Below are positions 52,593-57,466 of a DNA stretch of 57,466 nt, one piece after another. The stretch lies in contig JBBQXJ010000022.1 of the NCBI GenBank assembly GCA_038209745.1, forward strand, positions 1 to 57,466. The letters run 5' to 3'. The notes beneath the pieces are model-generated. The model did not search any database, was not told where the DNA came from, and was given only the letters and a program-made list of their open reading frames with translations. This DNA is from Verrucomicrobiota bacterium. GTDB taxonomy: Bacteria > Verrucomicrobiota > Verrucomicrobiia > Limisphaerales > CANJSG01. Numbering within the stretch: position 1 is the stretch's first letter; the number at the start of each line of letters is the position of its first letter. Both the position numbers and the translations under genes were made by a program.

Positions 52593-53113
52593 CCCTCCCA
52601 GAACTCCGCAAGATCCGCTCCGCCCACGACAGCTTCCGCACCGAGTGCGACGGCTGGGAGGGTGCCAAAGTCACCGCCGAGAAGGAGCTGGCCGTCCTGG
52701 TCCGCAAATGGGGCTTGGGCAGCTCCGACAAGGAGCTGGATCTCATCGGCCGTCTTCAGGTCAAGGCGGCTTTGCTTCCCGCCAAGATTGCGGACATGCA
52801 GTCGATCTTGGCGGAGCGCGAAACGGAACTGCGGGACGCCGTCCATCTGTTCATCCACAAGACCCTGAGCCCGTTGATCCAGGAACGGCTCGCCACGACC
52901 CGTGAGACGGTCCGCCTACGCCTGAAGGATTTGGTGACATCGCCCGAGATCTGGCTCGACCAGGAGATCGAGAAGAGCGCCCCCGTCCGCCAGCTCGTGA
53001 GCCTTTCCTTGGGCGCCACCACCGACCACGGAGACCGCTACCCGGCGGCCGTGCCCTACGCCGAAGCCATGATGAAGCTCTACAGCGAGGTCGAGTCGTT
53101 CCGCGTCAAGTGA
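52589..53113 (+). CDS. Hypothetical helical protein (paralog A)
   Basis: 174 aa; ATGA coupling to the Cro-like gene. Confidence 0.75.
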   Translation: MTLPELRKIRSAHDSFRTECDGWEGAKVTAEKELAVLVRKWGLGSSDKELDLIGRLQVKAALLPAKIADMQSILAERETELRDAVHLFIHKTLSPLIQERLATTRETVRLRLKDLVTSPEIWLDQEIEKSAPVRQLVSLSLGATTDHGDRYPAAVPYAEAMMKLYSEVESFRVK

Positions 53114-53135
53114 TCCACCCCCAAGCGATTCCCCT

Positions 53136-53564
53136 ATGAACCACCGCGAGCTGACCAATCTCCTGAACGACCGCAATGCCATTGCGGCCACGCTCACCCA
53201 GTCGCCCGAAGACCAAGCGGTTTTGGCGTCAAAAGACGCCGAGCTGGCGGCCGGTGTGAGCGCCTACTTGAATTCCACGCTCTCGCTTGAGATCCGTTTC
53301 AAACAGGAGGAAACCACCAGCGACTACGTGCGGAAGATCACGGCAGCCTTGCCCGGCGGCCTCAGTGCTTTGTCCCTCACGGAGCGCGCCGAAGCCGAAG
53401 CCGAGTTCAAGGCCATCGGTTCCAAGCCGGAAATGCAGACGCTGGCCGCGACCTCCGCCGCCGCAGACCCCGATGGAAGCGCCGCCTACGAATCCGCGGT
53501 GGCGTGGGCCGAAGCCCAGCTCGCGGCCGGCACCACCGTGGAAAATCTCACGGTCGAACTGTGA
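53136..53564 (+). CDS. Hypothetical helical protein (paralog B)
   Basis: 142 aa; similar to 52589..53113. Confidence 0.75.
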   Translation: MNHRELTNLLNDRNAIAATLTQSPEDQAVLASKDAELAAGVSAYLNSTLSLEIRFKQEETTSDYVRKITAALPGGLSALSLTERAEAEAEFKAIGSKPEMQTLAATSAAADPDGSAAYESAVAWAEAQLAAGTTVENLTVEL

Positions 53565-54277
53565 TGGGCACGCTTTCCAACCGCGCCCGCCAGATGATCG
53601 CCGACGGTCGCCGTCGGGACGGGCTTTCCTACGCGGAGAGCTGGCAGCGCGTCGCGCGCGCCTTGCCCGGAGACTTCGGGCTGCCCGAATCCGAGTCCTG
53701 TGCCATCTCGGCTTTGTGCAATCGGTTGCAGGTCGAGAGGGGTGGGAGCTTTGAAGAAAATTGGAACCTTGCCCAGGCCCAAGTCTACCTCAACGGCCGC
53801 TCCCAGCCGTCCCCCGATGCCTTGCTCATGAACCGGTCCTTCTCTCCCAGTGCCGACGGCTGGTTAGAATTGCTCAAGACCGGCGAGTTCCCCATTGCTG
53901 GTGGCCCGGTCCAGGTGATCGACGACCAGGCGTTGCGGGCGATGCTGGCCGCGTTTGATCGGGATCAAGCGCAGCCCAATTTCCCCGGACTGCTTCTCGA
54001 CTACGACCACCAGTCCTACGATGCCGCCAAGTCGTCCGAAGCCGCCGGATGGATCAATGATCTCCGTGTCGCGGGCGACACCCTGTTGGCCCGGCCCGAT
54101 TGGACCTCTTCCGGCGAAGCCGCCATTGCTGGAGGCCTGTTCCGCTTAGTCAGCCCCACCTTTCGCGCCGACCAGGTCGAGAAGCTGGGCAACAACCGAG
54201 TGCGACCGCTGCGGCTCGACAGTGTCGCCCTGACCAATTCGCCCAACATGCGCGGACTTGCGCCTCTTTCCCGATGA
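53564..54277 (+). CDS. Mu-like prohead protease (gpI family) with N-terminal helical repeats
   Basis: WLELLKTGEF, LLLDYDHQS, EAAGWI, WTSSGEAAI, LVSPTF, SVALTNSPNM: Mu-like_Pro motifs; TGATG coupling. Confidence 0.85.
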   Translation: MGTLSNRARQMIADGRRRDGLSYAESWQRVARALPGDFGLPESESCAISALCNRLQVERGGSFEENWNLAQAQVYLNGRSQPSPDALLMNRSFSPSADGWLELLKTGEFPIAGGPVQVIDDQALRAMLAAFDRDQAQPNFPGLLLDYDHQSYDAAKSSEAAGWINDLRVAGDTLLARPDWTSSGEAAIAGGLFRLVSPTFRADQVEKLGNNRVRPLRLDSVALTNSPNMRGLAPLSR

Positions 54278-54807
54278 CCGTTCCCCTCCCAGCCAATCTG
54301 CAGCACCGAGTTCATGATGCCTGGCGCAAGCTCTCGTCCGCCTTGGTTGGGACTATCCACCGCTACAACCGGATGAAGGCCGATCTGAACAAGCTGACCT
54401 TGGAAGAGAGCTTCGCAGAACAGGAGATGCAACTCCTCCATAGTGCGGAGAAAAACGGAGGTTCCTCACCTTTTATCACCGTGGCCAAGGCATCGGCGGT
54501 CGCGCGGTTGCAGACCCTGGCCGACGCCGGCGAGGCGCTGCGCCGGATGGAGCTGGCGGAATGCCGGAGCGTGCCAATTTCGGAGCTGCGCAGCCTGCTG
54601 CTGGAGATCGCCGAACACCGCGCCGCGCATCTGGCCTCGAACGGGCCGGCAACGCTCGGCGGGTTGGAGTGCTTGATCGAATTTCTTCGGGATCCGGCGA
54701 ACACCGAGCGGAACCTTGCCACCGACTACGCCACCCTTGAGATCCTCGGCAACGCACTGGGTGGCGCTGTGCAAATCCTGCCTGAAAAGGCCGTCACTGC
54801 TTCCTGA
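54274..54807 (+). CDS. Hypothetical helical protein
   Basis: 177 aa; ATGA coupling to the protease. Confidence 0.7.
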   Translation: MTVPLPANLQHRVHDAWRKLSSALVGTIHRYNRMKADLNKLTLEESFAEQEMQLLHSAEKNGGSSPFITVAKASAVARLQTLADAGEALRRMELAECRSVPISELRSLLLEIAEHRAAHLASNGPATLGGLECLIEFLRDPANTERNLATDYATLEILGNALGGAVQILPEKAVTAS

Positions 54808-54810
54808 GCC

Positions 54811-56553
54811 ATGGCCGACTTCGAGATCAAGATCACCACCCCGGCCGACCTGGCCGGCGCCAAGGGCACCGAGGAAAGCCTGAAGCGCCAGATTTCTCAA
54901 AAAAAACAGCTCAATGAGGAGTATGGGATTGAGGAGGCCCATCTCATTGCCCTGCAAAAGGCCCGCCGTTATTACGAGGAGACGCTCAAAACACCGGTCG
55001 CCCCGGCGTCTCCCGACAGCCCCGCGATCCCCAATGCGCCCGCCCCCACCGGCGGCGGCAATGCGGCGACCGACTTCCTGCGGAAGCAGTTCGCGGAAAA
55101 GCAAAAGCTCCAGCAGGAAGACCAAAAGCTGGACGAGGAAGGCGCCAAGAAGTCGATCGACTTGATCCATGGCCTCAAGGGCGCGCTCAAAGGGCTCGGC
55201 CGCGAGATCCCCGGCCTAGGCTTCCTCTCTGGCATCCTCTCCAGCCCCATCGCCCTGGGGTCGACGGCGCTGACGGTCGGGGTTGGGTCGGTTGTTTCAG
55301 AGGTCCAACGGCTCAATGCCGAGCTGAAGGAATTTAAGGCGCTCGGGGATGTCTTCCGTGGCAGCGGCCTCGCCCCATCACTCAAGGGGCTGCGCGAAGA
55401 TCTGCAAGCAGCCCGCGTGGAATCCGCCATCTGGCACGACCAGCTCAAGCGGGTGGCCGGGGCCTTTGCCGATGTCAACTCCCGCGCGGCCGAGGCGAAC
55501 AAGCTCCTCGCCGTCCAGGCCGCCGCCCTGGCCACGGTGGGCGAAGCCCAGGACTCATTGCTGAAGTCGGCCCTGGCCATCGCCAAAGCCCGAGGCCTCA
55601 TCAATGACGACGAGATCGCCCATCTGAACCGCATCCTCGCCCTGCACAAACAGATCACCGCCGCCCAGGACTCCGCCGGCGCCGAAGCCCACGCCATCGC
55701 CGAGAAACATGCCGCGCTCACCGCCGCCACCGGAGAGCTGCCCAAGCTCATCGCGGACCGCGACGCTCTGGCGGATAAACAGACCAAGGACAAGCAACGC
55801 TCCAAGGCCATTGCGGAGAAACTCGCCGAGGCCGAAGCCGCAACCACGGTCAGGCTGGTGGACGGCAAGCCCGTCTTCTCGCCCCAGGAGCAGGCGCTCA
55901 ACGATCAGGCCGCCATAATTCAGGGCAGTGGCACAGGGAAAGACGCCAAATCTGGACGGTTCCCCGAACTGGTGGGCACATCCAAAGCCGAGCGGGATGC
56001 CATCCGGGAAAGATTAAAAGCCGGTGACAAAATCAATTTTGAGACGGGTGTCAAATTTGGAGCCGCCGAACTCGACGAATTCGAGCAGATGCAGGCGCAA
56101 TTCGATGAGAACCGAAGAAAACTGAACGCTAAACGTGCGTCCATCCCGGGCCTCCGCGCCGAGCTGGAACAGACGGACAAACGGATCGGCATCCGCGCCA
56201 CCGATCTCGGCGAATTCGATGCCCGCATCGGTGCGCGCAAGCAACAGCGCGACACTCTCCCGGGTGAGATCGCCTCGGATACGGCCGCCTTCGCCGCCAA
56301 TGATGAGAGGCGCAGCCGCTCCGTCGGGCTGGGCCGACGGCAGTTCGGGCTGGAAGAGTCCATGGCGGCCCTCAATCAGCTCAAGGATGGGGCCGATGAA
56401 GCCACCACCGCCCGCGTGAATTCCCAGCTCTTGGCTTTAACCAAAGAGCTGATCTCCATCCAACTCTCAGACCGCCGGGAGAACAAAACCACGGCCGCTG
56501 AGGTGGCCGCACTGCGGAAACAGGTCTCGGTCCAACGCCCCTACAGCTACTAG
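54811..56553 (+). CDS. Tape-measure-like coiled-coil protein
   Basis: N-terminus MADFEIKITTPADLAGAK; Ala/Glu/Lys-rich coiled coil with a Gly-rich hydrophobic segment (IPGLGFLSGILSSPIALGSTALTVGVGSVV); 580 aa. Confidence 0.6.
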   Translation: MADFEIKITTPADLAGAKGTEESLKRQISQKKQLNEEYGIEEAHLIALQKARRYYEETLKTPVAPASPDSPAIPNAPAPTGGGNAATDFLRKQFAEKQKLQQEDQKLDEEGAKKSIDLIHGLKGALKGLGREIPGLGFLSGILSSPIALGSTALTVGVGSVVSEVQRLNAELKEFKALGDVFRGSGLAPSLKGLREDLQAARVESAIWHDQLKRVAGAFADVNSRAAEANKLLAVQAAALATVGEAQDSLLKSALAIAKARGLINDDEIAHLNRILALHKQITAAQDSAGAEAHAIAEKHAALTAATGELPKLIADRDALADKQTKDKQRSKAIAEKLAEAEAATTVRLVDGKPVFSPQEQALNDQAAIIQGSGTGKDAKSGRFPELVGTSKAERDAIRERLKAGDKINFETGVKFGAAELDEFEQMQAQFDENRRKLNAKRASIPGLRAELEQTDKRIGIRATDLGEFDARIGARKQQRDTLPGEIASDTAAFAANDERRSRSVGLGRRQFGLEESMAALNQLKDGADEATTARVNSQLLALTKELISIQLSDRRENKTTAAEVAALRKQVSVQRPYSY

Positions 56554-56735
56554 CGATGCCCACCAAACCCTCCAGGACGGTCCCGGAGCCCGCGAGGGGT
56601 GTCCACACCCCGCTTTGCGATCAAAGACGAAATGCAAGGGCACCACGGTGTTTTGCAAGAGGTCTGGGCAAGCGCGTCGGACTCCACTTTTTCAATTTGG
56701 TAGCCATCCGGACAGGAGCAATCGTTTGCGCTACC

Positions 56736-56779
56736 GGCTGGGCGGGTCTGTGTGGGACTCGCCCGGCCCTCACTTTTTT
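56736..56779 (+). terminator. Terminator after the rightward operon
   Basis: 14-bp stem GGCTGGGCGGGTCT/GGACTCGCCCGGCC (with GU pairs) followed by CTCACTTTTTT. Confidence 0.65.
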
Positions 56780-56928
56780 GCCGGTCCTTTTTCTGAATTT
56801 CAGTCTCGCGAGTGGCGGCTCGGTGACTGGATGGGATGCTGAACCCCGGGAGCAGTATCCCCCCGTCGGTGATCCATGCGGGTCACCGACGGGCCTTCCA
56901 TCTCCTGGAACATCGACCCACACACCCG

Positions 56929-57466
56929 ATGAACTCCACCGCCACCCAACCCGCCCGCGCCTTGCTCCAACTCCAGACATTCAATGACGCCTGCCACCGG
57001 GGACTCCCGGTCAAAGAGGCCGCCCGTCTCGCTGGCATCAGCCATCCGACCGCGTACCGCCTCCGCCAGCGCTTCAAAGCCGACGGCCTCGCCGGTCTGA
57101 ACTATCGCACCCCCCGTCCGCGACTTCCCCAGGCGCTCGCTCAGTTCGGCCTGAGCCAGGCCACAGCAGCCCTCTTGCAAAACCACCGCCTCGACTCTGC
57201 CGACGCCCGCGCAGCGATTAGAAAGGCGATAAAGAACCCTCGCTGTCGAGCCGCCGAAGCTCGGCTGTTGACTCCCTATGGGCGCGGCCGCTTGCCGATG
57301 CCTGATGTGTTGGAGCGCCTGCTCGCGCATCGGTGGCCGAAGAGGGGTAGGAAAGCAGGAGCGCATGAGGGAGGAGAACGAGCCAGGAAGAGCGTTCCGC
57401 GCGTCGTGTTGAGCGGGGTCGCCGGGAGGTTGTTTTCTTGGGAAAACCCCGCGAACGCCCGTATAA
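56929..57466 (+). CDS. HTH protein resembling a transposase N-terminal DNA-binding domain (open to window end)
   Basis: Hand translation MNSTATQPARALLQLQTFNDACHRGLPVKEAARLAGISHPTAYRLRQRFKADGLAGL...; no stop in the window, so absent from the ORF track. Confidence 0.7.
   Translation, partial: MNSTATQPARALLQLQTFNDACHRGLPVKEAARLAGISHPTAYRLRQRFKADGLAGLNYRTPRPRLPQALAQFGLSQATAALLQNHRLDSADARAAIRKAIKNPRCRAAEARLLTPYGRGRLPMPDVLERLLAHRWPKRGRKAGAHEGGERARKSVPRVVLSGVAGRLFSWENPANARI

Larger units (their letters stand above)
48999..57466. mobile_element. tRNA-Leu-anchored integrated phage-related element (satellite-like or degraded Mu-like prophage); right end outside window
   Basis: Begins at the tRNA 3' end; weaker host codon bias; xis-like, repressor/Cro switch, Mu-like protease, TMP-like and HTH genes. 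Confidence 0.8.

Noticed and set aside
56556..56987. 143-aa ORF after the TMP-like gene
   Set aside because: Atypical composition, runs through a terminator and hairpins, and overlaps the better HTH ORF at 56929.
48999..57466. Complete Mu-like transposable prophage
   Set aside because: No full MuA/MuB, portal, terminase, capsid or tail module between the switch, protease and TMP-like genes; cannot be fully excluded beyond the window edge.

Overview
High-GC bacterial chromosome segment. It is inferred to be Verrucomicrobiota (PVC superphylum) from the PSD1/DUF1501 module, the style of the secreted proteins and the Mu-like small genes. Positions 1-48.9 kb are mostly core and accessory chromosome: a folate cluster (HAD-NUDIX fusion, folB, folD), a PaaK-family ligase, rluB, secA, ffh, lysA, thiD, a 2-oxoacid dehydrogenase E1a/E1b/E2 operon, two hybrid sensor kinases, two large secreted S8 proteases, a PSD1-DUF1501-beta-helix module, tRNA-Tyr and several decayed genes. 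From the 3' end of tRNA-Leu(CAA) (48998) to the window end lies a compact integrated element. Its left arm has an excisionase-like HTH gene and a double-HTH repressor with a nested promoter/operator. Its right arm has a divergent Ner/Cro-like gene, two or three paralogous helical proteins, a Mu-type prohead protease with scaffold-like repeats placed in front of it, a lone tape-measure-like protein, a structured intergenic region and a transposase-like HTH ORF running off the window. No capsid, portal, terminase, tail tube or integrase gene is visible. The best candidate for an undescribed system is therefore a tRNA-integrated phage satellite that may hijack a Mu-like helper phage; a degraded prophage remains possible. 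Other notable signals: a HAD-NUDIX fusion next to folB that may cover both dephosphorylation steps of folate synthesis, a strong Thr-Asn bias in exported proteins, a shared C-terminal FFR domain and frequent leaderless-type promoters. All family calls come from motif recognition by eye; no database search was run.
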